A stretch of 64,000 bases of DNA from Candidatus Nealsonbacteria bacterium (GCA_026396195.1 JAPLXH010000007.1:35006-99005); one strand, 5' to 3'; positions 8,352 to 17,691 are shown, counted from the first letter of the stretch. The notes: a model not told the origin generated them from the letters alone. Translations and numbers: made by a program.

Positions 8352-9113
8352 ATGTTTCCTTTTATATTATTTGGTGCTTTTTTCCTGTTTGTTGTTTTTG
8401 GTTTGGGCGGATTAAGAGTAATTAAACAATATGAAAAAGGAGTGATTCTTACCTTAGGGAAATATACCGGTACTTTTGAGCCTGGACTGCGCTGGATTTT
8501 GGTGGGAATTCAAATAATGACTAAAGTGGACATGAGAATCACCACGGCTGATATTCCCCGGCAAGAAGCGATTACTAAAGACAACGTTCCCGTGGGAATT
8601 AATGCTGTTGTTTATTTTAAAGTTGAAAGGGCCGAAGACGCGGTTTTAAAAATTGAAGATTACCGCTATGCTACTTCTCAATATGCGCTAGCGGCAATGA
8701 GAGATATTGTAGGGGGAGTAGAGCTTGATATTTTGCTTACCGAAAGGGAAAAATTGGCAGCTGAAATTAAAAAAGTAGTGGACGAACAAACTGCTCCCTG
8801 GGGAGTTGATGTTACGGCTATTAAAATGCAAGACATTGAATTACCGGCATCAATGAAGAGAGCGATGGCAGCTCAAGCCGAGGCAGAAAGAGAAAAAAGA
8901 GCCATTATTATTAAAGCTGAAGGAGAAGTAAAGGCCTCGGAAAATATTCAAAAAGCGGCAAATATTTTGGGCTCCATTCCCGGCGGAATGTCTTTAAGAA
9001 CGTTGGGAACTATAGATAAGCTGCAACCTGATCCGTCAAAAACCGTAATTTTTGCTTTGCCAGTAGAAATAATGGAAGGATTCCAGAGTTTACTTTCTTT
9101 AAGAAAAAAATAA
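8352..9113 (+). CDS. SPFH/band 7 (stomatin/slipin) family protein
   Basis: N-terminal TM, ITKDNVPV, WGVDV, AMAAQAEAEREKRA. Confidence 0.92.
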   Translation: MFPFILFGAFFLFVVFGLGGLRVIKQYEKGVILTLGKYTGTFEPGLRWILVGIQIMTKVDMRITTADIPRQEAITKDNVPVGINAVVYFKVERAEDAVLKIEDYRYATSQYALAAMRDIVGGVELDILLTEREKLAAEIKKVVDEQTAPWGVDVTAIKMQDIELPASMKRAMAAQAEAEREKRAIIIKAEGEVKASENIQKAANILGSIPGGMSLRTLGTIDKLQPDPSKTVIFALPVEIMEGFQSLLSLRKK

Positions 9114-9135
9114 AAATAATAAAAATTAGCCAATT

Positions 9136-9165
9136 AAAAAAGAGGGTTTCTTAAACCTTCTTTTT
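9136..9165. terminator. Bidirectional terminator between convergent genes
   Basis: AAAAAGAGGGTTT-CTT-AAACCTTCTTTTT hairpin flanked by A/T tracts. Confidence 0.6.
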
Positions 9166-9180
9166 ATTTTTTAAAATTTA

Positions 9181-9972
9181 TTACCTTATTTCTTTCAAAA
9201 AATCCTGCGCTAATTTTGCCGTCTCCCCGGTACTTTTATAAAATGATTTCCAGACAACAACGATATCGGCATCGTTAAACAAAGCTCTTTGAACTTCCGA
9301 AAAAGAATCTCCTCCGGCAATGGCGATTAAAATATCGTATTCGTTTTTTATTCTTTGAATTTCATGGAAAGGAATTTCTTTTTCGGGATTTAAAGCTTCT
9401 TCGTCAACTCCTCGATGCAAAATAACAGCTTTTGGCGGTTTTTCCAATTGGCGCATTACGTTTAAAGGGAATTCAACGTTCATCATGTCGATCATTGAAT
9501 CTAGATTATGTCTTTCGCAATTTTCAATAAAAGCATCTAAGGTTTCTATTGGAGCGTGTCCCAATGCCGTCAAAGCATTGGCTCCGGCTTGTTTAGCAAT
9601 TTCTACTTCTCTTTCTCCCCTATCCATGCATTTTAAGTCGGCGACAATATAGGGAAAAAATTTTTCTTTATTTTCCCTTGGGTTTTTTATTATTTGTGAC
9701 TCTCTTTTTTGCTCTATGGACTTATTGATTAAATCAATCAGCGGAAATCTGATGGTAACGTTCTGATAAGGATTTAATTCGTAACCGAATATCCTTCCCT
9801 CCCACCAATATCTTATATTTCTTATGGCTTCTGCTCCGTATTCTTTTATCAAGGGAGTGCCAGCCTCAATTATAATTCTTCTATCTAAAGGAAGCTGATA
9901 AATAATTTCTTTCGCCTCCCTTAAACTGCTGTTAAGTGCTATTTGTAAATATTTTTGTTTTCTATCTAACAT
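9181..9972 (-). CDS. OMP decarboxylase/HUMPS family (3-hexulose-6-phosphate synthase-like) protein
   Basis: LQIAL, IEAGTPLIK, VADLKCMD, ILHRGVD, IAGG, ADIVVV. Confidence 0.75.
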   Translation of the reverse strand: MLDRKQKYLQIALNSSLREAKEIIYQLPLDRRIIIEAGTPLIKEYGAEAIRNIRYWWEGRIFGYELNPYQNVTIRFPLIDLINKSIEQKRESQIIKNPRENKEKFFPYIVADLKCMDRGEREVEIAKQAGANALTALGHAPIETLDAFIENCERHNLDSMIDMMNVEFPLNVMRQLEKPPKAVILHRGVDEEALNPEKEIPFHEIQRIKNEYDILIAIAGGDSFSEVQRALFNDADIVVVWKSFYKSTGETAKLAQDFLKEIR

Positions 9973-9986
9973 ATGTTTATTTAATC

Positions 9987-10062
9987 TATTCTACCTTGTC
10001 CGTCCTTAGCTCTCAAGAACGAAGGAAAACTTATCCGTCCGTAGCCTTAACAAAAAGGAGGA
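9987..10062. repeat. Two copies of a small dispersed palindromic repeat (CTTRTCCGTCCGTAGC...AAGGAGG family)
   Basis: Related copies at 13447-13486, 61219-61248 and inverted at 63371-63410; 19-nt identity between 9987-10005 and 13447-13465. Confidence 0.7.
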
Positions 10063-10113
10063 ACAAAAAATGCTAAAACTTTTTTATTAATAAAAAAGTG
10101 GAAAACTAAGGCC

Positions 10114-10141
10114 TTGACAAAGATGGCTGGTCGAATACAAT
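10114..10141 (+). promoter_or_regulatory. Sigma70-type promoter
   Basis: TTGACA-16 nt-TACAAT upstream of the AsnRS-like gene. Confidence 0.6.
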
Positions 10142-10227
10142 AGAAAAAATGCGTAAAAAAAAGTGGAAATTAAAAAACAATAAAGGTCGAAGCTTAATTG
10201 CCCATTAGGGCGATTTTTTTTAAATTT

Positions 10228-11232
10228 ATGGAAGATAAAATTGCCACGGCTAAATTAGAAAACCAAGTAATAAAATCAATGAGAAACTGGCTGGAAGAAG
10301 CCAATTTTTTTGAGATTTTTCCGCCAAAAATAGTCAGAGCTTCCGGCGCCTGCGAAAACGTTGACACCTTATTTGAAATAGGAGTAAATGGAAACTTTTA
10401 TTGGTTTAATCCCAACTCTCCCCACCGAACTTACCTTTCCCAAACTGCTCAGTTATACCTTGAAGCTTTTGTCCCTTATCTTAAAAAAGTTTATTCAGTA
10501 GGTCCAAGTTTTCGGGCAGAAGAAGGAGTTGATAACCGCCATTTAACTGAGTTTTCAATGATGGAAATTGAATTTGCCGGAAATTTTAACGAGCTCTTGT
10601 CTTATATTGAAAAGGTTATTTATCAAGTCATTGAAGATGTCTTAAATCTACCGGAAAAAACAAAGGAAGAAATGAATTTTAAGAAAGAAGATACGGAAAG
10701 ATTGGAAAAGGTGAAACCTATTTTTCCAAAAATTACTTACGACGATGCAACCAGAATTCTTGAGCTTCCTTTTGGCAGCGACATTTCCTCGAAAAATGAA
10801 CAAAAATTAGCTGCCCAGTTCGGAGAACAGCCCTTTTTTATCACTCATTTCCCGAATCCTTTATATGACCATGGAAAAGAAATTGAAGTTGAAAAATTTT
10901 TTAACATGATACCTGACCCTCAAAAACCGGAAAGAGTTCTTTCTGCTGATTTAATCATACCCTTTGGAGGAGAATGTGTCGGAGCGGCCCAAAGAGTCCA
11001 CAAGCCGGAAGAATTAAGATGGAGGCTTGAACATTCAAGGATGTTCAAAAGATTGGAGAAAAAAGGCGGAGGACTGGAAGACTTTAATTGGTATTTCCAA
11101 AAAATAAAAGAAAAAAGCGTTCCTCATGCCGGTTGCGGATTCGGAATAGGAAGAATTCTCAAATTTTTAAAAGGAGAGGAAGATATCAAAAAAGCGATTA
11201 CTTTTCCCTCAAACCAAAAAAGTGTAATTTAA
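10228..11232 (+). CDS. AsnRS-like catalytic-domain-only protein (probable archaeal-type asparagine synthetase, AsnRS2)
   Basis: Class IIb motifs LSQTAQLYLE, FRAE..RHLTEF, PHAGCGFGIGR; no N-terminal OB anticodon-binding domain; ATG at 10228. Confidence 0.75.
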   Translation: MEDKIATAKLENQVIKSMRNWLEEANFFEIFPPKIVRASGACENVDTLFEIGVNGNFYWFNPNSPHRTYLSQTAQLYLEAFVPYLKKVYSVGPSFRAEEGVDNRHLTEFSMMEIEFAGNFNELLSYIEKVIYQVIEDVLNLPEKTKEEMNFKKEDTERLEKVKPIFPKITYDDATRILELPFGSDISSKNEQKLAAQFGEQPFFITHFPNPLYDHGKEIEVEKFFNMIPDPQKPERVLSADLIIPFGGECVGAAQRVHKPEELRWRLEHSRMFKRLEKKGGGLEDFNWYFQKIKEKSVPHAGCGFGIGRILKFLKGEEDIKKAITFPSNQKSVI

Positions 11233-11266
11233 AAATATAAAATATGAAGAATTTAGAGCTTATTTA

Positions 11267-11968
11267 TTAGGTATATACTCTGAAAGACCTGTAAATCTTC
11301 ATGCTCGCGACTAAATAACCAATGCCAAAAGGAAATTCATAAGATAAAATATCTGTTTTCCGAGTTACGCTTATGCTATTATCTACGCCGCAAGCATTCA
11401 AAATGCCCAAAAGAAAACAAATAGGCCTTAAACCGCATTCACCGGATTCAGGATATTTTTCGTTCAATTTAAAAATATTTTTCAGATCTTTTTTCTTTAA
11501 ATATTTTATTAAAGCCTCGTCAAATTTTGGACCGTCCGGATGAAAACCGTAAGGACCGTCTTTTTTTAAACAATGAGATAAATCGCTCGAAGCAATTAAA
11601 GCAATATTGGGTTTCGAATCCTTAATTTGCGTTTTATACATTTTTTCTCCTTCTTCAAAATAAAACTGCGGTGATTTTTCTTCGGTTAAATAAGTTTTAA
11701 TATAATTTTTTTGCTCGCTGCTAAATCCCACTTCTATTGCGGGCGTTTTATTTTTTTCTCCCACCAAAAAATACAAAGGAACGTCAAAACCCCAATTTTT
11801 ATGAGGAGAGGAAATTATTATTAGCTCTGGCTTTAGTTTTGTGAGCGTATTTCTTAATTTCTCCAAAGCATTTATCGTATTTTTAAATTTTTCCCTGTCT
11901 TCTTTCGACCCCACTGAAGGCAGAAGCAATGGCGAGTGGGGAACAATACAAGCAAAATTTATGGGCAT
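11267..11968 (-). CDS. Memo/LigB-like protein (AmmeMemoRadiSam protein B-like)
   Basis: VPHSPLL, ISSPH, IASSDLSH, GECG, SYEFPFGIGY. Confidence 0.8.
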   Translation of the reverse strand: MPINFACIVPHSPLLLPSVGSKEDREKFKNTINALEKLRNTLTKLKPELIIISSPHKNWGFDVPLYFLVGEKNKTPAIEVGFSSEQKNYIKTYLTEEKSPQFYFEEGEKMYKTQIKDSKPNIALIASSDLSHCLKKDGPYGFHPDGPKFDEALIKYLKKKDLKNIFKLNEKYPESGECGLRPICFLLGILNACGVDNSISVTRKTDILSYEFPFGIGYLVASMKIYRSFRVYT

Positions 11969-12013
11969 GCTGTTTTTTAATTATTTATTATTTTATTCTA
12001 CCACTATTTTTAC

Positions 12014-12802
12014 TTATTCCTCTCTTGAAGGAGCTTTTAATCTTAATTGGTCTTTTAGTTTTGTGTTTTCCTCCATAAGCAAACCAACCTTCCCCTGCTC
12101 TTGACCAACCGAAACCATTATTTGGTTTATTTTAATCTCTCTCTCTTTTAATTCTTTTTTTTGTTCTCTAATAATTCCGTCTTTAATCTCTATCTCCTTT
12201 TTAAAAACCGCTTCCTTACCTTCATGCTTTACGTTCTGGAATTTTAAAGCATTTCTCAATAACCTAATCCAACGCTTCTTTTGTCCTACCTTCGTTGTCC
12301 CAGGCTCAATCTTCTTTAGGGTAGCTTTTTGAAGGGCTTCAAAGTTTGAAGGGGGTTCAAATTGAAGGGCTTCATTTTGAAGGGGGTTCAATTGAAGGGG
12401 TTCAAAATTTGAAGGGGGTTCACTTCTTTTTTGAAGGGCTTCAATTCTATCTCTTACATTGTCTTTTAATTTCTGAAAGTAACTTCTTTTATTCTTAACA
12501 AAACCTTTAAACCCTTGAGTATAAATCCATTCAAAATCTTTCCTGCCTTCCTCTTCACTTGCGGCTTTTTTCCTTAAAATTGAACCTGCTTCAATAAACT
12601 TTGAAGGGGAATCGTTCCAATTAAGCCCTTCTGTCTTCAGAGCTTCACGCACCCTTCTTTCTAGGGTGCTTTTAGATATTTGAAGGGCTTCAATTATTTG
12701 AAGGGCTTCAAAATTTGAAGGGGGTTCAATTGAAGGGGGTTCAACTTGAAGGGCTTCATTTTGAAGGGGGTTCAATTGAAGGGGTTCATTTTTCTTTGTC
12801 AT
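12014..12802 (-). CDS. Hypothetical HTH-like plus C-terminal coiled-coil protein with internal DNA repeat arrays
   Basis: EALQISKSTLERRVREAL resembles an HTH recognition helix; IKDGIIREQKKELKEREIKIN..LMEENTKLKDQLRL coiled coil. Confidence 0.65.
   Translation of the reverse strand: MTKKNEPLQLNPLQNEALQVEPPSIEPPSNFEALQIIEALQISKSTLERRVREALKTEGLNWNDSPSKFIEAGSILRKKAASEEEGRKDFEWIYTQGFKGFVKNKRSYFQKLKDNVRDRIEALQKRSEPPSNFEPLQLNPLQNEALQFEPPSNFEALQKATLKKIEPGTTKVGQKKRWIRLLRNALKFQNVKHEGKEAVFKKEIEIKDGIIREQKKELKEREIKINQIMVSVGQEQGKVGLLMEENTKLKDQLRLKAPSREE
12329..12444. repeat. Array of 7 short palindromes TTGAA-GGG(C/G/GG)-TTCA(A)
   Basis: Units start at 12329, 12346, 12362, 12377, 12392, 12409, 12431. Confidence 0.95.
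12680..12789. repeat. Second array of 7 short palindromes TTGAA-GGG(C/G/GG)-TTCA(A)
   Basis: Units start at 12680, 12698, 12715, 12730, 12746, 12761, 12776. Confidence 0.95.
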
Positions 12803-13006
12803 ACAAATTAATTATACAACACAATAGGACATATTCTAAAATAAACCTGTGGATAGTCCTACTAATATCTTTGCGGAGAATTAAATAATCCATGGATATA
12901 GCCATGGATTTAATATTCTTAAAACATCGTCCCCAAATAGAACACTTACCCGTCAGGAGGGAGGAGGGATATAAGGCCTATTTTTAAATTTAATTTAAAA
13001 AAATTA

Positions 13007-13420
13007 TTAATCTATTATTTCATCAATAGGGGTTCCAGTTGCTCTTTGACATATTGTCCTTAAGGCGGACTCATTATCTATTTTTCCGCATAAGTCGGGG
13101 GTTTGATTTTTAACGGCATAACAGTATAAACATAGACTTTTATTTATCGACTTATCAAATCCTGGACAATCGGAGTCAGGGTTACCACTTAAATCTCCCT
13201 TAAGAAAATCGGCGCAAGTTAATTTAAGGCTTTCAATTGTTGATTTTATTGATTCGTCTAAAGCGGCTGAATCAATTTCTTCATTTTTTTGCTGAACAGG
13301 TTCGTTTGTTTCTTGTTTTTTAGAACTGGGCTTTAAAAAAGAAGTTGTAATAATAACCGCTATAATTACTACTGCTACGATTACTACTGCTATTATTCCT
13401 ATTAATATTTTTTTATTCAT
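13007..13420 (-). CDS. Hypothetical membrane-anchored Cys-containing protein
   Basis: N-terminal hydrophobic anchor; six Cys in the C-terminal domain. Confidence 0.7.
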   Translation of the reverse strand: MNKKILIGIIAVVIVAVVIIAVIITTSFLKPSSKKQETNEPVQQKNEEIDSAALDESIKSTIESLKLTCADFLKGDLSGNPDSDCPGFDKSINKSLCLYCYAVKNQTPDLCGKIDNESALRTICQRATGTPIDEIID

Positions 13421-13583
13421 AATTTTAAATTATTTAATTATTGTTTTATTCTACCTTGTCCGTCCGTAGCCTGTAAAGGTGGAGGAGAGATGCGAAGTCC
13501 TGAATTCATTGAAGAATTAGAACCTGTTTGACAAAATTTTCTTAAAAGTTAAAGATAATTTCAGAACTTTAAAAAGTGATCTT

Positions 13584-13805
13584 ATGAAAAAAGAAAGGTT
13601 TATTGAAATAATGAAAGAGGAAGGAAACTATACTGACGAAGAAATAGAGACGATATGGAGTGGTGCACCTCCAGATATAGACGAAGAAAAATTAAGACAA
13701 ATAGCCAAAAAGTTTGCAAAAACAGAACTTCAAGACATAAGACTCAAGAAAGAAATAAATCGTCAAATAAAAAAATTCCAACTTGAAAAATTAGAAAAGA
13801 TATAA
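13584..13805 (+). CDS. Small hypothetical protein
   Basis: 73 aa ORF, TTGACA at 13528 upstream, hairpin at about 13823-13855 downstream. Confidence 0.6.
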   Translation: MKKERFIEIMKEEGNYTDEEIETIWSGAPPDIDEEKLRQIAKKFAKTELQDIRLKKEINRQIKKFQLEKLEKI

Positions 13806-13971
13806 TTCAAAAATTAATATTTTAACTCTTGTGTATTTTTTAACAAGAGTTTTTTATTATCAAAAAAACCGCCCCAATCGCTATCAAGACGATTTTTCCG
13901 TTAATTCAAATTTCTGAAAATAAAAAGACTCAAGTAAAATTTTATTTTCTACAAGAGTCTAGGGTTATTTT

Positions 13972-14511
13972 TTAGGATTTAAGTTCCCATTTGAATTCCC
14001 ATTTTCCTTCTAAAAATGGGAATATTTTTTCTTGCCAAAAAGAAATTAATAGATCTTCTGGGCAACTATATCCCGTGTTCAGCATAACCGTTGAAAACGC
14101 TTTAACTGCCTCTTTTTTCGCTTCTGGCAAATAGGGTGACTGAAATCTTGAAAGAACATCCGCGGCTGCCAAAGCTGCGCCTTTCAAATCTTCTTCGCTT
14201 AAAAGATGAAAGGCTCTCCAAACTGTCCAGACAATAAAAGCTGTTTGATTTTTAAAAACCTTTGGCATCTTTTTTTCTGGATCGAACAAGAATCCAAATG
14301 GTCTTAGATGCTGATATTTCTTCCACACACGGTCTAATTGCGTTATTTCGTTTAACGTAAGAAAATCAGAGCTTTCTTCTTCGACATAAGCTTTCGCTTT
14401 TTTATCCATCTTTTTAATGAATGTCTTTTCTTGGTTGTCTAAGGAATTTAATGCATATTTTTTAAGATTTTCCAATTCTTCCGGTCCTTGTAAACAAGAT
14501 ATATCTCTCAT
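13972..14511 (-). CDS. Hypothetical protein
   Basis: 179 aa ORF with AGGTGA SD-like site upstream. Confidence 0.7.
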   Translation of the reverse strand: MRDISCLQGPEELENLKKYALNSLDNQEKTFIKKMDKKAKAYVEEESSDFLTLNEITQLDRVWKKYQHLRPFGFLFDPEKKMPKVFKNQTAFIVWTVWRAFHLLSEEDLKGAALAAADVLSRFQSPYLPEAKKEAVKAFSTVMLNTGYSCPEDLLISFWQEKIFPFLEGKWEFKWELKS

Positions 14512-14613
14512 ATTATTTCACCTACTTTTTGTTAATGATACTAAAAATACTCTATAAAGTTTTAATAAAAAAAGCAAGCTCGATAAATCGAGTAATATTG
14601 AACAAAAATAAAC

Positions 14614-15495
14614 CTATAAAAATAAACTGATTAAATACCCCAAAATTGAGAACAAGGCAATTGGCGGTAAAGCTGGAATTGCTTTTCTTTCTTTTTGAAG
14701 AGTAAAGATAAAAAAGCTGAAAAGAAGTCCGATTATGGAAAATATGCCAACTATCAAAGAAGAAAAAACATTTCTTGAAATTAAAGAAGAGCAAAGCATT
14801 AAAGGAAAGGCAATATCCCCTCCGCCTAAAATTAAAAATTTGCCACCAGCTTTTACTTCTTTGATATTTCCTTTAAAGTCCGATATTTTTGGCGGAACAA
14901 TCAATGCTAAAATCGCCCGATGCTCCACCATTTCTTTTGCCATGGTTACCATGTGCTTGGTTTTATAAACCGCAATAAAATCGTATATCGAAAAAATTAT
15001 CAAAAGCAAAATCATGGTTTCCGGAGCAATTCTTAACCCCAAAATCGCTCCCACTCCGGCTACCCCCAAGATAATACAAATATTGTGAATTAAAACCGAA
15101 GGTCTCTTCAATAGCAAAAAAATTAAAAAAATTGATAAAAAAATAGCAAAAACAGCTCCTGAAAAAGAAAATAGGCTTTCCAGCCAAACATCTAATGTCA
15201 ATAAAATTCCCCAAAAAAGAACAAAAACAAAAAGGCTCTTAAAAATTATCCCTTTCTTTGTTTTAGATTTAATAAAAAAAATAACTGATAAAATCAGCAA
15301 GGTACCCAAGGCGAAAGAAAAAATAAACTGCCAAGGATTAATAGGGGAGACGGAAGCCTGCTGAACACCCATAAATCTGGATATCTGAAAAGAAGTGGCA
15401 ATCCCTAAAAACAAAGTTAAAGAAAATAAAACAATTTCCCAAAAAATAAAACTTATCTGAGTTTTTTTACTCTGTTCTTTAATGTTTTCAGACAT
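14614..15495 (-). CDS. Presenilin-family (PSH-type) GxGD intramembrane aspartyl protease
   Basis: About 9 TM; catalytic IYDFIAV and LGGGD motifs plus C-terminal PALP. Confidence 0.9.
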   Translation of the reverse strand: MSENIKEQSKKTQISFIFWEIVLFSLTLFLGIATSFQISRFMGVQQASVSPINPWQFIFSFALGTLLILSVIFFIKSKTKKGIIFKSLFVFVLFWGILLTLDVWLESLFSFSGAVFAIFLSIFLIFLLLKRPSVLIHNICIILGVAGVGAILGLRIAPETMILLLIIFSIYDFIAVYKTKHMVTMAKEMVEHRAILALIVPPKISDFKGNIKEVKAGGKFLILGGGDIAFPLMLCSSLISRNVFSSLIVGIFSIIGLLFSFFIFTLQKERKAIPALPPIALFSILGYLISLFL

Positions 15496-15574
15496 TTTCT
15501 ATATATAAATTGGTCGGGAGTTCGATAGGTTGTTTTCCCTTTTTTAGCTTGCTTAGAGGAATGACTCTTCATTT

Positions 15575-16720
15575 TTAAGCTAGCTTTTTTAGTTCTTCTA
15601 TTTTATCAGTTCTTTCCCAGGTAAATTCCGGCTCAGTTCTGCCGAAATGACCATAACTGGCGGTTTTCAAATAAATCGGCCTTAACAAATCCAAGCCAGT
15701 GATGATTCCGCCCGGTGACATGTCAAAAACCTTAGGAATAATTTCTACTATTTTCTCTTCCGGAATTTTGGCTGTCCCGAAAGTATCCACGCTTATTTCA
15801 AGAGGCTGGGTGCCTCCGATTACATAAGAAAACCTTACCAAGCATTTTTCAGCTAAGTCAGCGGCAACAATATTTTTCGCAACATAACGGGCCATATAAG
15901 CAGCGGACCTGTCCACTTTTGTCGGGTCTTTGCCTGACATCGCTCCTCCGCCAACCGGTACCCAGGCGCCGTAAGTATCAACCATTATTTTTCTACCGGT
16001 CATTCCGGTGTCTGACGCCGGACCGCCGATTACAAAACGTCCGGTATTGTTAATAAAAAATTTCGTATCTTTAGTTAGATAATCTCCGCAAATCGGTTTT
16101 ATTACTTCATTAATCACGCCTTCTTTGACCTTCTCCAAAGAAATATCGTCATGCTGGGCGGCAATCACAACCGAATTTACTCTTCTTGGAATATTATTTT
16201 CATATTCAATTGTAACTTGGCTTTTGCCGTCAGGCCTTAAATAAGGTAAAATCTTATCTTTCCTGACTTGAGATAGTTTTTTAACTAATTTATGGGCCAG
16301 CATTATGGGAAGAGGCATTAATTCCGGAGTTTCATTACAGGCGAACCCTATCATCATCCCTTGGTCTCCGGCTCCCTGCTCTTTGCTAGCGGTTTTCTTA
16401 ACGCCCATGGCAATATCAGGAGACTGCTCGTGGATGCTGTTAAAAATAGCAACTGAATTGCCGTCAAACCCGTATTCCGGCTTATTATACCCTATATTTT
16501 TTATTACATTTCTTGCTAAATTGGCAACATCAAGCCAAGCGGAAGTGGTAACCTCTCCTCCGATAACCGCGTATCCCATTCCGACTAAAACTTCGCAAGC
16601 CACCCGGCTGTTTTTATCTTGTTTTAAAGCGTCGTCTAAAATAACGTCTGAAATTTGATCCGCTACTTTATCGGGATGCCCTTCCGTCACTGATTCTGAA
16701 GTAAAGAAAAAATTTTTCAT
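15575..16720 (-). CDS. metK: S-adenosylmethionine synthetase
   Basis: FTSESVTEGHPDK, GAGDQG, GKDPTKVDRSAAY. Confidence 0.98.
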   Translation of the reverse strand: MKNFFFTSESVTEGHPDKVADQISDVILDDALKQDKNSRVACEVLVGMGYAVIGGEVTTSAWLDVANLARNVIKNIGYNKPEYGFDGNSVAIFNSIHEQSPDIAMGVKKTASKEQGAGDQGMMIGFACNETPELMPLPIMLAHKLVKKLSQVRKDKILPYLRPDGKSQVTIEYENNIPRRVNSVVIAAQHDDISLEKVKEGVINEVIKPICGDYLTKDTKFFINNTGRFVIGGPASDTGMTGRKIMVDTYGAWVPVGGGAMSGKDPTKVDRSAAYMARYVAKNIVAADLAEKCLVRFSYVIGGTQPLEISVDTFGTAKIPEEKIVEIIPKVFDMSPGGIITGLDLLRPIYLKTASYGHFGRTEPEFTWERTDKIEELKKLA

Positions 16721-16739
16721 ATTTTTTTCGATTTAATTT

Positions 16740-17681
16740 TTATCTTTTAATTCTAATTAAGCCCGAATAAGGAACAATTTCAATTCCTTTTTTTTCAAGC
16801 TCGTCTAAAAATAAATTCACTCCCAAAGAATCGGAGGAAATGTGACCGGCAATAACAACATTGATATTGGCTGTTTCCGCTTCTTTTTTATGTTCTTCGG
16901 AAATATGCATGCCCACGATTGTTCCTATTCCGGCTTGCGCCATTTTTTCATAAAGTTTCGGGGAACCCTCTGTTCCGCCTGTAATTTCGGTCAAAGCGAT
17001 TTTTCCGCACCTTCTTTCCGGGTCGCCGACAAAAATTTTTGGACCTACTCCAATTTTCATTGCTTCTTTATACTCGGGAATTTCTTTTAACAAATCTATT
17101 AAATCGCCAACTCTTTCCAGTTTTTTTTCGTCAACCAAATCTTTCAATTTTTTAGCGGCTAAATTGTCGCAAACAGTATGCAAACACATTAAGTTAAACT
17201 TTAAAATATTTGCCGTATCCACTGTTCTTTGATGGTTCAGTGCATTGATTCCTCTGGCAACTTCGGAAATTTTTTCCCTCATCAACCCCTCGGCAACGTT
17301 GATGGGAACCCCGTATTGATTTAAAATGTCGCACTGTAGACTCATTACTTCTGACAGGCTGGATAATCCTTTTCCCCGAGGATGATGAGAAATAATCAGG
17401 TCTATCCCGCCGATTTCTTTTGCCAACAAAATCTCCGACGGGTCTATGTCTATTCCCACTAAAACTTTTTTTATTTCTTTGTCTTGAGCTATATTCAAAA
17501 TCCTGGAATCTAAATAAGGATTTTCCAGGCTTTCCAGGTCAAAATCAATTTTTTCCGCTTCGGATAATTTTTCAAATTTTTCTTTTTTTCTGTTTAAAAT
17601 ATCGTTTACCTCCTTTTCTCCCCGAAAATCGCTTTCTTTGCCCATTTTTATCGCTAAATCGTAAATTTCTTTAATTTTCAT
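16740..17681 (-). CDS. NIF3 (NGG1p-interacting factor 3)-like protein
   Basis: VGIDI, ISHHP, HTVCDN, AGHISSDSLG. Confidence 0.8.
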   Translation of the reverse strand: MKIKEIYDLAIKMGKESDFRGEKEVNDILNRKKEKFEKLSEAEKIDFDLESLENPYLDSRILNIAQDKEIKKVLVGIDIDPSEILLAKEIGGIDLIISHHPRGKGLSSLSEVMSLQCDILNQYGVPINVAEGLMREKISEVARGINALNHQRTVDTANILKFNLMCLHTVCDNLAAKKLKDLVDEKKLERVGDLIDLLKEIPEYKEAMKIGVGPKIFVGDPERRCGKIALTEITGGTEGSPKLYEKMAQAGIGTIVGMHISEEHKKEAETANINVVIAGHISSDSLGVNLFLDELEKKGIEIVPYSGLIRIKR

Positions 17682-17691
17682 ATTTAAAATT

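Noticed and set aside
12329-12789. CRISPR array
   Set aside because: Units are 14-15 bp separated by only 0-7 nt, lie inside an ORF, and no cas genes are present
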